Assembly: GCA_017987975.1 (NCBI GenBank) | Contig: JAGNSQ010000001.1 | Coordinates: 39,090 to 103,089, forward strand | Direction of reading: 5' to 3' | DNA from: Saprospiraceae bacterium | GTDB taxonomy: Bacteria > Bacteroidota > Bacteroidia > Chitinophagales > Saprospiraceae | Length of the DNA: 64,000 bases | Shown here: positions 14,787-24,828 of the stretch, in pieces | Layout: each line of letters starts with the position of its first letter | Position numbering within the stretch: position 1 is the first letter of the stretch | Made by a program: the position numbers and the translations under genes | The notes under the pieces: generated by a model | The model's input: the letters and a program-made list of their open reading frames with translations, nothing else | What the model was told of the DNA's origin: nothing | The model's database searches: none

Positions 14787-17123
14787 ATGAAAAAGTATTT
14801 ATTTCCCGTTTGTTACTTATTATGTATTCATGCTGCAAGTAGCCAGGGTAGCGAGGTCTTTATAACAAGAGACTTGACTCCATTTTGTGACCCCATCAAA
14901 TTATCAGCTGAATATAAAGCAGGAAGAGCTAAGTTTGCTGTAGAAAATTCTGGAATATTTTTTCCTGAAGGTTTCTTTCATCATTTGCATGATAAAGATC
15001 TTTTGGCTGGTGTTGGCACTATAGCGATTTGGTTGACTGCTGAGGATCGTGCCGGAAACAGATATAGTGCAGGCATAGATGCCAATTCCGGGAAATCCGA
15101 TTTCACCCCCGGGCCAGTTCCGGCCTGGAATGAAGATTTTAATCAACATTGCAGTAATTGGAACCAATTATTCAGGATAACAAAAGAGGAAATAAAATCA
15201 CATGTTTTTAGTTTCAGGAATGTAGACACCTATGATTGTGATAAGATACCTGAAAATGTAAAATATTGGCCGGCACGAAACAATCCGTTCTGGAAGGAAA
15301 AGTTTGCATTTGATCTGCCAGATGAAAGATTGGCGTCCTTTATAGATGTAGACAATGATGGAAATTATAATCCATGTGCAGGCGATTATCCTGGCATCCA
15401 CAAATCGTGTGAAATAGTTGAAAATTTTCCAAATGAATTGTGGTACTGGTCTATAAATGATGTTGCCGGTGTTCACCGATTTTCGGGTGGTGATGCTATG
15501 CAAATTCATATCAATTGTTACCTATTCCATTATAACAATGAGAAACCTGTAAATGATGGGGTTTATTTTTATTTTGACGTGATCAACCAAAATGAAAGTG
15601 ATTTGTTAAACATGGCCTTTGGACTTCAATTAACACCAGGTCAAGATTGCAAAGTAGACCGATACATAGGAGTAGATAGCTTAAGTGGCATGGTGTATTA
15701 TTATCACAAGCAAATACATACAGGGCTTGACTCATTTGATAATTGTATTTCGGATGATGTTTTTCCTTATTATTATAATTTAAGCAGTTTTCCTTTGAAT
15801 ATTTCTTATAAAAAATATGCAAGAGACGCTTCAGGTAAAGTTATCAGAAATGAATTAGGGAGTCCTTTATTGCTGGATATCACCGACAATGAAAAAATAG
15901 AAGAGGCTGATACAATTGTGTTTGTTGGATTGCGAAGTTTTCAATTGTTCAGCACCTCAGATTTCGAAACATCTTCCTTAAAGAGATATAATTTAATGCA
16001 TTTATTAATGAATGGATTCGATCTTACTGGCGATGAATTAGTTTACAAGGATAAGAGGACAAATTTTATGTACCATGGAGATCCCGGTAAACAGGGTTCT
16101 TGGAATATGTTGTCTGAAAAGATCAATTTTAATGATTCTATGACTGCCCTTGCAGCAGCGGAAAAGTTTTTTCTTCAACCCAAAGCAAGGAAAAGATTTT
16201 TATTCCATCTGAGCCCTATTCATCGAAGGCAAGCCAATATTGATTTGTCAGTTGCGTATCAATTGCAAGATGAAGCATTTTTGCAATTTGAAGAAGGGTG
16301 TATTTATATTGATGATTTTTTGGATCCTGGAGCAAATTTAATTTCGACCTATGAAGAGAATGGTAATAAGTTGAATTTTACCATCAATCCCTTTGTGAAC
16401 GATTTAAATATTGAAAAAATTTCAGAAGCAGCTGCTATTCCCGAAGAAATTCTGATAGTAAATGAAAACAAATATTATTTGTTTGAAGGTTACCAAGTAT
16501 ATCAGATAAAACACCCATTTATGAAAATACAGGATGGCTTTAAAGAAGGTGATGCAAGATTGGTATATCAATGTGATGTTAAAAATAAGTTTGATAAGTT
16601 GTACTGGTACTCTTCCACAGATAATTTGGATCCATTTGATAAAGTAGAAAGAATCTGGAATGCTTCTTTAAAAGTCAATGGCAGAAATACAGGGATTGAA
16701 AGAAATTTTACTTTGGATGTTGATCATTTAGGTGCCAATGGAGGAGTCCTTGTAGAAGGGGAGACTTATTATTATGCAATCATTTCTTATTATGCAAATA
16801 GATGGAAACCATTCGACCCCTATTTAGAAACGGGACAAACAAAGGAGTACAGAAGATCACATGTGCAGTATCATTCCATTACTTTACCTCGCAAATCGGG
16901 AGTAAAAAAAGTGGAAGCTAAGTGTCTGGATGGGAAAATTCAACTTTTTGGAGATGTAGAAAAATTGGATCAATTAAAAGTATGGGATATTGATGGTAAA
17001 CAAATTTGGAGTGGTAAGCCTTCCGAAACGCAATTACCTTTATTGAGCAAGCCTAAGCTTTACCTTTTGTCGTGGACAACAGAAACTTGTGGTTGGCAAT
17101 CACAAAAGCTTTTTTGTCATTAA
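14787..17123 (+). CDS. secreted hypothetical protein, probable T9SS cargo
   Basis: I moved the start to ATG 14787 (MKKYLFPVCYLLCIHAASSQ signal peptide). Contains a DVDNDGNYNPCAGDYPG motif. The C-terminal ~70 aa (KVEAKCLDGKIQLFG..LKVWDIDGKQIWSG..LYLLSW) resemble a short sorting domain. Confidence 0.7.
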   Translation: MKKYLFPVCYLLCIHAASSQGSEVFITRDLTPFCDPIKLSAEYKAGRAKFAVENSGIFFPEGFFHHLHDKDLLAGVGTIAIWLTAEDRAGNRYSAGIDANSGKSDFTPGPVPAWNEDFNQHCSNWNQLFRITKEEIKSHVFSFRNVDTYDCDKIPENVKYWPARNNPFWKEKFAFDLPDERLASFIDVDNDGNYNPCAGDYPGIHKSCEIVENFPNELWYWSINDVAGVHRFSGGDAMQIHINCYLFHYNNEKPVNDGVYFYFDVINQNESDLLNMAFGLQLTPGQDCKVDRYIGVDSLSGMVYYYHKQIHTGLDSFDNCISDDVFPYYYNLSSFPLNISYKKYARDASGKVIRNELGSPLLLDITDNEKIEEADTIVFVGLRSFQLFSTSDFETSSLKRYNLMHLLMNGFDLTGDELVYKDKRTNFMYHGDPGKQGSWNMLSEKINFNDSMTALAAAEKFFLQPKARKRFLFHLSPIHRRQANIDLSVAYQLQDEAFLQFEEGCIYIDDFLDPGANLISTYEENGNKLNFTINPFVNDLNIEKISEAAAIPEEILIVNENKYYLFEGYQVYQIKHPFMKIQDGFKEGDARLVYQCDVKNKFDKLYWYSSTDNLDPFDKVERIWNASLKVNGRNTGIERNFTLDVDHLGANGGVLVEGETYYYAIISYYANRWKPFDPYLETGQTKEYRRSHVQYHSITLPRKSGVKKVEAKCLDGKIQLFGDVEKLDQLKVWDIDGKQIWSGKPSETQLPLLSKPKLYLLSWTTETCGWQSQKLFCH

Positions 17124-17130
17124 CCTAATA

Positions 17131-17165
17131 AAAAAAGCCCATGCAAAACTGCACGGGCTTTTTTA
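17131..17165. terminator. bidirectional intrinsic terminator
   Basis: A7-GCCCATGCA-aaac-TGCACGGGC-T6 (one mismatch), between convergent genes. Confidence 0.8.
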
Positions 17166-17185
17166 TCGTGGTAAAGGATGATTTA

Positions 17186-18844
<1,659 letters not shown>

Positions 18845-18862
18845 TTAAAGTGAATTGGATAA

Positions 18863-19126
18863 TTAAATGATTACAAGGATATCGTCTTCTCTCATGATGA
18901 GATAATCGTCGCCCTTGTAGCTGATTTCCTGCCCGGCATACTTGCCATATAAAACAGTATCACCTTTTTTAACGGTCATTTTGTGGTTTTCTTTGCCTGG
19001 TCCTACAGCAATAACGGTTCCACGCTGTGGTTTTTCCTTTGCATTGTCCGGAATGATGATACCTCCAGACGTTTTTTCATCGGCTGGAGCTGGTTTAATA
19101 ACAACTCTGTCGTTGATTGGCTTCAT
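18863..19126 (-). CDS. groS: co-chaperonin GroES
   Basis: 87 aa, [12 protein letters not shown]...SGGIIIPD, 42 nt upstream of groEL. Confidence 0.97.
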   Translation of the reverse strand: MKPINDRVVIKPAPADEKTSGGIIIPDNAKEKPQRGTVIAVGPGKENHKMTVKKGDTVLYGKYAGQEISYKGDDYLIMREDDILVII

Positions 19127-19281
19127 AACAAGTATTTTTTAAGTTTAAAATTTTTAAGTGAATTTTCACCTTTTTACAACACTAAATGTGCCATTTCAAT
19201 TTTTCTGACATTATAACAGAATAAAAATTGGAAATAAAAAATTGGAGGTACAATCTGTCAATATGATTGTCAAAATGTCAC

Positions 19282-20310
19282 CTAATCTGAAATGGTGTTG
19301 GATCCTTCGTAAATGAGCTCGCCAAAATTGGTAATTGTAGCACCCACCCCCTGACTTAGTTTTGGGTCAGTTATATCCACATTATGAACTGTCAATTTTC
19401 CATTATTTGTGAAAATCCGGCTTAAACTTACAGAATTATGAGGTGCCTGCAAGTTTATGTTTTTGATATACAATGACTTATTCTGCATTATGACAAATGC
19501 AGAACCTTCAATGGGAGCTACGATGTTAAATTCCTGATTAGGAGATCTGACCACATTGATGTTTTTATCTACCAAAATTGGACTAAAAAGCTGGATTGTT
19601 TTACCTGAAAGGCTGTCTTCTACCAGGATATATTCATTTTCACGAGCACAGAACACCGCTTTTCTAAGACTGCCAAAACCGCTGTCCGCTTGGTTGAGCA
19701 CGCCATCACCGGGAACCCAACTATTGATGTTGCCCTTATAGCGTTGGATTGGACTTCCTATGGTAAATCCATTTGAAAAGTCGCCACCGCCCATCCCAGG
19801 CGCCGCAGCAGAGGGATCTATTCCATTTTGAAACAATCGAATACCACTTTTGCACCCTCCCTGGGGTACTTCAATGGAAAGAGAAAATAGTTTAAGAGTA
19901 TCTCCTGTTGTTATATTATTGTAATGACTGGTTGGAACCAATGAAGGAGCGATACCATAAAAATCTGAACCGGGTTGAACAGCAGGGTGCAATATCTGAT
20001 TGGCCAATGACCATAAAGTAGGCATTGTGCCACCATAATTTTGGTTGTTTTGTAGCGGAAGATAAGTTTGGGGAATGGTTACCACGCTCCCGGTTGGCAC
20101 AACAATGGTGTACTGCGCAGACATCTGAGTACGTTGCTGCGTAGTATTTGCAAACCCGGCACCAATAACAACATAACAATCATAGAGTTCTGTTGATTCG
20201 TCAAATTTTACCATGTATTTAACTTCCGTAACCTGACTGTTGGCTAAGGGCGTTGAAATATTGAAATAAATTAAAAATTGAAATAGGAAAAATACTGATT
20301 TGTTATTCAT
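19282..20310 (-). CDS. secreted hypothetical protein
   Basis: 342-aa ORF with a signal-like N-terminus (MNNKSVFFLFQFLIYFNISTPLANSQ). No recognisable catalytic motif. Confidence 0.65.
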   Translation of the reverse strand: MNNKSVFFLFQFLIYFNISTPLANSQVTEVKYMVKFDESTELYDCYVVIGAGFANTTQQRTQMSAQYTIVVPTGSVVTIPQTYLPLQNNQNYGGTMPTLWSLANQILHPAVQPGSDFYGIAPSLVPTSHYNNITTGDTLKLFSLSIEVPQGGCKSGIRLFQNGIDPSAAAPGMGGGDFSNGFTIGSPIQRYKGNINSWVPGDGVLNQADSGFGSLRKAVFCARENEYILVEDSLSGKTIQLFSPILVDKNINVVRSPNQEFNIVAPIEGSAFVIMQNKSLYIKNINLQAPHNSVSLSRIFTNNGKLTVHNVDITDPKLSQGVGATITNFGELIYEGSNTISD

Positions 20311-20370
20311 ACAGGTTCTTGTGCTATGATTATCTTTACGAACTAACTAGTTAAGTAAAAGAATTACAAA

Positions 20371-22038
20371 TTGAGCTCCAAAATAAGACAATCATACCCT
20401 ATATCTACCCTTATCCTGCTAAAGAGCGTTCTGCTGTTTATTTTTTTAAGCACCAGTTTGATAGTTGATTCTCAGATTGTTAGATCGAATCTGCCGATTG
20501 TGGTTATTGATACTAAAGGGAACACAATTAATGACTATGAAAAAAGTACAATTGAGCTAAAAATCATTGATCCACCATCGTACTATCAAACAGACCAGGA
20601 TCAGCCTAATGTTTATGCTGGCAAGGCTGGAATTGAACTCAGGGGTTCCAGTTCGCAGAGTTTTCCGAAAAAAGCATATTCGTTTGAGACGCGTTTAGAC
20701 GATGGAGAAGATAGAGATGTGTCATTATTTGGATGGCCTGAAGAATCTGATTATATTTTGTACCCTTCATATCATGAAAAAAGCCTGATGCACAATGTGC
20801 TGGCCATGGAAATATACAGATCAATGGGTTTTTATGCCAGCCGGACCAGATTTGTTGAGGTGATCATAAACAATAGTTACCTGGGGGTCTTTGTTGTTAT
20901 GGAAAAAATTAAAAGAGGGAAGGGCAGAGTTGATATTGCAAAACTAGAACCTGAAGAGGTGGTTGGTGATGATCTGACAGGTGGTTATATTATAAAAATC
21001 GACAAACAAACCGGCACACAGAATGGAGGTTGGCTCAGTAATTACTATTCATTGTCTTCCCAGCCCAAAAGTATTTATTTTCAATATCACTATCCGGAAG
21101 ATGCACCGGCTCAGCAAAGAAGCTACATAAAAGATTATGTTTCAAGCTTTGAAAGTGCCTTAAAATCACCTTTGTTTAAAGATCCAATAAACGGATATAG
21201 AAAATGGATTAATCTGGAAAGTTTTGTTTATTATTGGATTCTGAATGAAGTAAGCCGAAATGTTGATGGCTATCGATTGTCAACTTTTTTATATAAAGAT
21301 AAGGACAGCAAAGGTGGCAAATTGACCATTGGCCCCCCGTGGGACTATGATATCAGTTTCGGAAATGCTGATTATTGCCAAGGGCAAAGTTATCAGGGAT
21401 TTTCCTGGAATTTCAACACCATTTGTCCTGAAGATGGCTTTCATCTCCCATTCTGGTGGGACAAATTATTGCAAGATAGTTTTTTTGTTGATAGTCTATC
21501 TAAAAGCTATGATTACCAAAGAAAACATGGAAAGCTCAGCCAGGAATTTCTTTTTGGATTGATTGATTCAATGAGCATTGAATTAGAAGAAGCTCAAATC
21601 CGCAATTTTAATAAGTGGAATATACTGGGACAATATGTATGGCCTAACCCATCTCCAATACCTACCACATGGCAGGGCGAAGTACAAGAATTGAAAAACT
21701 GGTTATCCAATAGGTTGGCATGGCTGGATAATAATATTCCCAGAAATAAAACCCCAATCAAAGAAGTCAATGAGGTTAATATTTTATTGTTACATAATGA
21801 AGCAGAAAGCAATTATAGTTTAAAAATTGAACAACCTTATCCTAATAGGCTGAAATGTAGGCTAATAGATTTAAATGGAAGAATTTTAGATGTGGCGGAC
21901 AAGTGGTTGGATGCTACAGAAATAGAAATTCAACTCGGTGAAATCTTATCCACAAATGAACTACCAGTTGGCATTAATTTTCTGGAAGTAGAAATTGGAT
22001 CTTATAAAAAAATCCATAAGCTTCTTCAATTGAGATGA
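20371..22038 (+). CDS. CotH-family (atypical protein kinase fold) secreted protein with T9SS C-terminal domain
   Basis: CotH-like blocks: PIVVIDT, AGIELRGSSSQSFPKKAYSFE, VFVVMEKIKRGKGRVD, GGYIIKIDK, WDYDISFGNADYC. CTD-like end (GINFLEVEIGSYKKIHKLLQLR). Only a TTG start is available at 20371. Confidence 0.7.
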   Translation: MSSKIRQSYPISTLILLKSVLLFIFLSTSLIVDSQIVRSNLPIVVIDTKGNTINDYEKSTIELKIIDPPSYYQTDQDQPNVYAGKAGIELRGSSSQSFPKKAYSFETRLDDGEDRDVSLFGWPEESDYILYPSYHEKSLMHNVLAMEIYRSMGFYASRTRFVEVIINNSYLGVFVVMEKIKRGKGRVDIAKLEPEEVVGDDLTGGYIIKIDKQTGTQNGGWLSNYYSLSSQPKSIYFQYHYPEDAPAQQRSYIKDYVSSFESALKSPLFKDPINGYRKWINLESFVYYWILNEVSRNVDGYRLSTFLYKDKDSKGGKLTIGPPWDYDISFGNADYCQGQSYQGFSWNFNTICPEDGFHLPFWWDKLLQDSFFVDSLSKSYDYQRKHGKLSQEFLFGLIDSMSIELEEAQIRNFNKWNILGQYVWPNPSPIPTTWQGEVQELKNWLSNRLAWLDNNIPRNKTPIKEVNEVNILLLHNEAESNYSLKIEQPYPNRLKCRLIDLNGRILDVADKWLDATEIEIQLGEILSTNELPVGINFLEVEIGSYKKIHKLLQLR

Positions 22039-22083
22039 AATTAATACCCCATATCCACCTTCTGCTATTTCATTAATTTTTTA

Positions 22084-22091
22084 TACTTTTG
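22084..22091 (+). promoter_or_regulatory. Bacteroidota -7 promoter box (TACTTTTG) for tRNA-Arg
   Basis: Exact TAnnTTTG match ending 7 nt before tRNA position 1. Confidence 0.55.
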
Positions 22092-22098
22092 CACCACA

Positions 22099-22172
22099 GG
22101 CCTCGTAGTTCAACTGGATAGAATATCAGATTTCGGCTCTGAGGGTTGAGGGTTCAAATCCTTCCGAGGTCA
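22099..22172 (+). tRNA. tRNA-Arg (anticodon TCG)
   Basis: Folded by hand. Acceptor GGCCTCG/CGAGGTC (one G-T pair), anticodon stem TCAGA/TCTGA, loop TTTCGGC, T arm GAGGG-TTCAAAT-CCTTC, discriminator A. No encoded CCA. Confidence 0.9.
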
Positions 22173-22177
22173 CAATA

Positions 22178-22282
22178 AATGTTTGGAGCAAAAGCCCCAT
22201 CCTCACAGCGTCGAAAGCTCGCTTTCGAAAGTGGTGAGGATGGGGCTTTGAAGTTTTACGCAAGTAAAACTTGCCAAACATT
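22178..22282 (+). other. nested inverted-repeat element (putative structured RNA / tRNA 3' trailer)
   Basis: Outer stem 22178-22186 / 22274-22282 (9 bp). Hairpin 1 is 22191-22206 / 22234-22249 (16 bp perfect) with an apical 7-bp stem 22211-22217 / 22222-22228 and loop CTCG. Hairpin 2 is 22251-22259 / 22264-22272 (9 bp) with loop GCAA. Confidence 0.55.
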
Positions 22283-22306
22283 GTGACTTGGGAGTCAGGT
22301 GCTCAA

Positions 22307-22314
22307 TACTTTTG
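22307..22314 (+). promoter_or_regulatory. Bacteroidota -7 promoter box (TACTTTTG)
   Basis: Exact TAnnTTTG match, 64 nt upstream of ATG 22378. Confidence 0.5.
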
Positions 22315-22377
22315 TAGAGTTCGCACCAATTTTAGGGTCTAAAAGCTTAAAAAAAATTTTATATTTCGAAAAAAAGT

Positions 22378-23556
22378 ATGAATACAGGATCCAGACTGAG
22401 TCATTTAATATGTTTGACATGTGAAAAAGAATTTGATTCCAATATTCTTATCAATTATTGTCAAAATTGCTCCCAACCTTTGGTGGCTGTGTACCATCTA
22501 GACAAGATAGGTAAAAGGCCAGTTTGGAAAGAAATGTCAAAATCAGGAATGTGGGAATGGAAAGAATTTTTACCTGTATTTAAAACTGAAAACATCTTTT
22601 CTTTAGGTGAAGGAATGACAGAGATTCGCCCATTGACTTCATGGGCAAAGTCTATAGGTTTGAGCAGGCCATTACTGATGAAAGATGAATCTACCAATCC
22701 AACAGGTTCATTTAAGGCACGCGGTATGTCGGCTGCTGTCAGCAAGGCAGTTGAATTAGGTGTAAAACATTTCTGTACACCGACAGCTGGTAATGCAGGA
22801 AGCGCATTGGCGGCCTATGCTGCAAAATCTAAAACGAAGGCTTCCGTTTTTATGCCCAGGCAAACACCAAAGATGTTTTCATTTGATGTGTCGTTGATGG
22901 ATGCCGGGGTGTACACAGTTGACGGAACAATAAGAGATGCAGGACTCCTGATGACGGAAAAAAACAAAGAATGGGGAGCATGGGATGTGTCAACTTTAAA
23001 AGAACCCTTTCGTTTGGAAGGAAAGAAGACTATGGGCTATGAAATTGCGGCTCAGTTAAATTATAAATTACCCGATATCATTTTTTATCCAACTGGTGGA
23101 GGCACAGGATTGATTGGTATATGGAAAGCCTTTCAAGAAATGCAAAAAATGGGGTGGATAGATGAGATACCAACCCGAATGGTTGCTGTACAGATGGAAG
23201 GTTGTGCTCCTATCATTAAGGCATGGAATGAAGGGGCTGAAATTTCTGAAGTTTGGAATAAACCTGATGAAACCGCAGCCAATGGTTTAAGGGTTCCCAA
23301 AGCGTTTGGAGATAAATTGATTTTAAAAACCATAAAAGAAAGTAAGGGTTTCGCCATTTCAGTTACTGAAAATGAAATGTTGGCAAGTTTAAAATCATTT
23401 GCATTACAAGAAGGGCGCTTTGTCTCACCAGAGGGTGCTGCATGCCTGGCTGCAATAAAAAAGAGCATAAATGAAAATAGGGTGAATGACTCCTGGGATG
23501 TTGCATTTATACAAACAGGGAATGGATATAAGTATGCTGAAAATTTATGGACATAA
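22378..23556 (+). CDS. thrC: threonine synthase family PLP enzyme (short form with N-terminal Cys4 zinc ribbon)
   Basis: CLTCEKEF...YCQNCSQPL ribbon. PLP-lysine block STNPTGSFKARG. GNAGSALAAYAA. PTGGGTGLIG. Confidence 0.7.
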   Translation: MNTGSRLSHLICLTCEKEFDSNILINYCQNCSQPLVAVYHLDKIGKRPVWKEMSKSGMWEWKEFLPVFKTENIFSLGEGMTEIRPLTSWAKSIGLSRPLLMKDESTNPTGSFKARGMSAAVSKAVELGVKHFCTPTAGNAGSALAAYAAKSKTKASVFMPRQTPKMFSFDVSLMDAGVYTVDGTIRDAGLLMTEKNKEWGAWDVSTLKEPFRLEGKKTMGYEIAAQLNYKLPDIIFYPTGGGTGLIGIWKAFQEMQKMGWIDEIPTRMVAVQMEGCAPIIKAWNEGAEISEVWNKPDETAANGLRVPKAFGDKLILKTIKESKGFAISVTENEMLASLKSFALQEGRFVSPEGAACLAAIKKSINENRVNDSWDVAFIQTGNGYKYAENLWT

Positions 23557-23587
23557 AAAAAAGCAAGTCTTATGGACTTGCTTTTTT
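23555..23587. terminator. intrinsic terminator (A/T-flanked, could act in both directions)
   Basis: A8-GCAAGTC-ttatg-GACTTGC-T6. Confidence 0.8.
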
Positions 23588-23922
23588 CTCATCTTTTCTT
23601 TGATTAAGCCTCTTTTAACAGGCTATTACCAAAAAAAATCAGAATCATGAGGGTGATTCCAAATATGATCATAGGGATAAATTTTCTTAAAGGTAATCGT
23701 ATTGAGGTCACCTGTCAAGTCGAGAATTTTGATAAAAGTGCCAATTTTATCGATTTTTGAAATCTTTAATTTATAAAAATATGTTATTCAGTAATTAACA
23801 TATTATGAATATTATTTATATAATAAAACTTTAACATTTTAGATCTATTTTTTTTTATTGTATGAACAATTGTCGCAACAAATGATTTATTCTACAATTA
23901 AAATCACTAACAATTTAACATC

Positions 23923-24771
23923 ATGACAAAGCTACGTTTAGCCATTGTTGCATTTGCCTGTTTTATTATTTCAGGTATAGGTGCACAAATTTCAACCCCA
24001 GCTGCGAGTCCTTCCTGCAAAATCGAGCAGAAAGTAGGTCTTACGGATATTAAAGTCGAGTATTCTCGTCCAAGTGCCAAAGGAAGAAAAATATTTGGTG
24101 CAGATGCCGTGGTATCATTTGGTAATTTCTGGAGAACAGGAGCCAATAGTGTAACCAAAGTCAGTTTTTCTGAAGATGTTTCAGTAGAAGGTATGGCAGT
24201 AAAAAAAGGTGACTATGGACTTTTAACAAAACCAGGTGCGGACAGTTGGTCTGTCAATTTTTACAAATATGATGGTGGCAATTGGTCTGCCTATATTGAA
24301 AAGACGCCTGATGTTTCTGTAATGGTAAAACCTGTAATGTTGAGCCAACAGGTGGAAACTTTCACCATCGATTTCAACAATATTGAGACTACACAAACTA
24401 CGATGACCCTGAGTTGGGAAAAAACACTGGTGCCAGTAAAGATTGGAGTTGAAGTTGACAAAGTAGTTATGGCTAATATCGAAAAAGTCATGGCCGGACC
24501 AAGTACCAATGACTATTACAATGCTGCATCTTACTATCATGATTCAGGTAAAGATCTTGAGCAAGCATTAGAGTGGGTTAAAAAAGCAAACAAAGTAAGT
24601 AGTCCAAAATTTTGGCAAGTAAGAAAAGAGGCTTTAATTCTTGCCGATCTTGGCAGGTACAAGGAAGCTATTGAAGCTGCTAAATTGTCAAAAGAGTTGG
24701 CTTCTGCTGCTGGAAATGATGAATATGTAAAGATGAATGACGTTTCTATTGCAGCTTGGATGAAGAAATAA
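23923..24771 (+). CDS. secreted DUF2911-like protein with C-terminal TPR-like helices
   Basis: Signal peptide present. The block KVGLTDIKVEYSRPSAKGRKIFG..FGNFWRTGANSVTKVSF matches my recollection of DUF2911. The family assignment is not verified. Confidence 0.55.
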   Translation: MTKLRLAIVAFACFIISGIGAQISTPAASPSCKIEQKVGLTDIKVEYSRPSAKGRKIFGADAVVSFGNFWRTGANSVTKVSFSEDVSVEGMAVKKGDYGLLTKPGADSWSVNFYKYDGGNWSAYIEKTPDVSVMVKPVMLSQQVETFTIDFNNIETTQTTMTLSWEKTLVPVKIGVEVDKVVMANIEKVMAGPSTNDYYNAASYYHDSGKDLEQALEWVKKANKVSSPKFWQVRKEALILADLGRYKEAIEAAKLSKELASAAGNDEYVKMNDVSIAAWMKK

Positions 24772-24789
24772 ATTTATTGTTATAAAATT

Positions 24790-24828
24790 AAAACGGCCAC
24801 AGATTAACAATTTGTGGCCGTTTTTTTT
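24790..24828. terminator. bidirectional intrinsic terminator
   Basis: AAAACGGCCACA-gattaacaatt-TGTGGCCGTTTT followed by T-run, between convergent genes. Confidence 0.8.

Noticed and set aside
19127-19281. Heat-shock operator upstream of groES. I searched for CIRCE (TTAGCACTC-N9-GAGTGCTAA), and noted three TGTCA(A) repeats at 19256, 19268 and 19276 (TTGACA on the gene strand).
   Set aside because: There is no CIRCE-like inverted repeat. The TGTCAA hexamers are short, irregularly spaced (12 and 8 nt) and lie 130-155 nt from the ATG, so I cannot distinguish them from chance.
22039-22377. tRNA-Arg (and tRNA-Ser at 33892) as integration sites of a genomic island
   Set aside because: No integrase, no direct repeat of the tRNA 3' end seen nearby, and the flanking genes are housekeeping with uniform composition.
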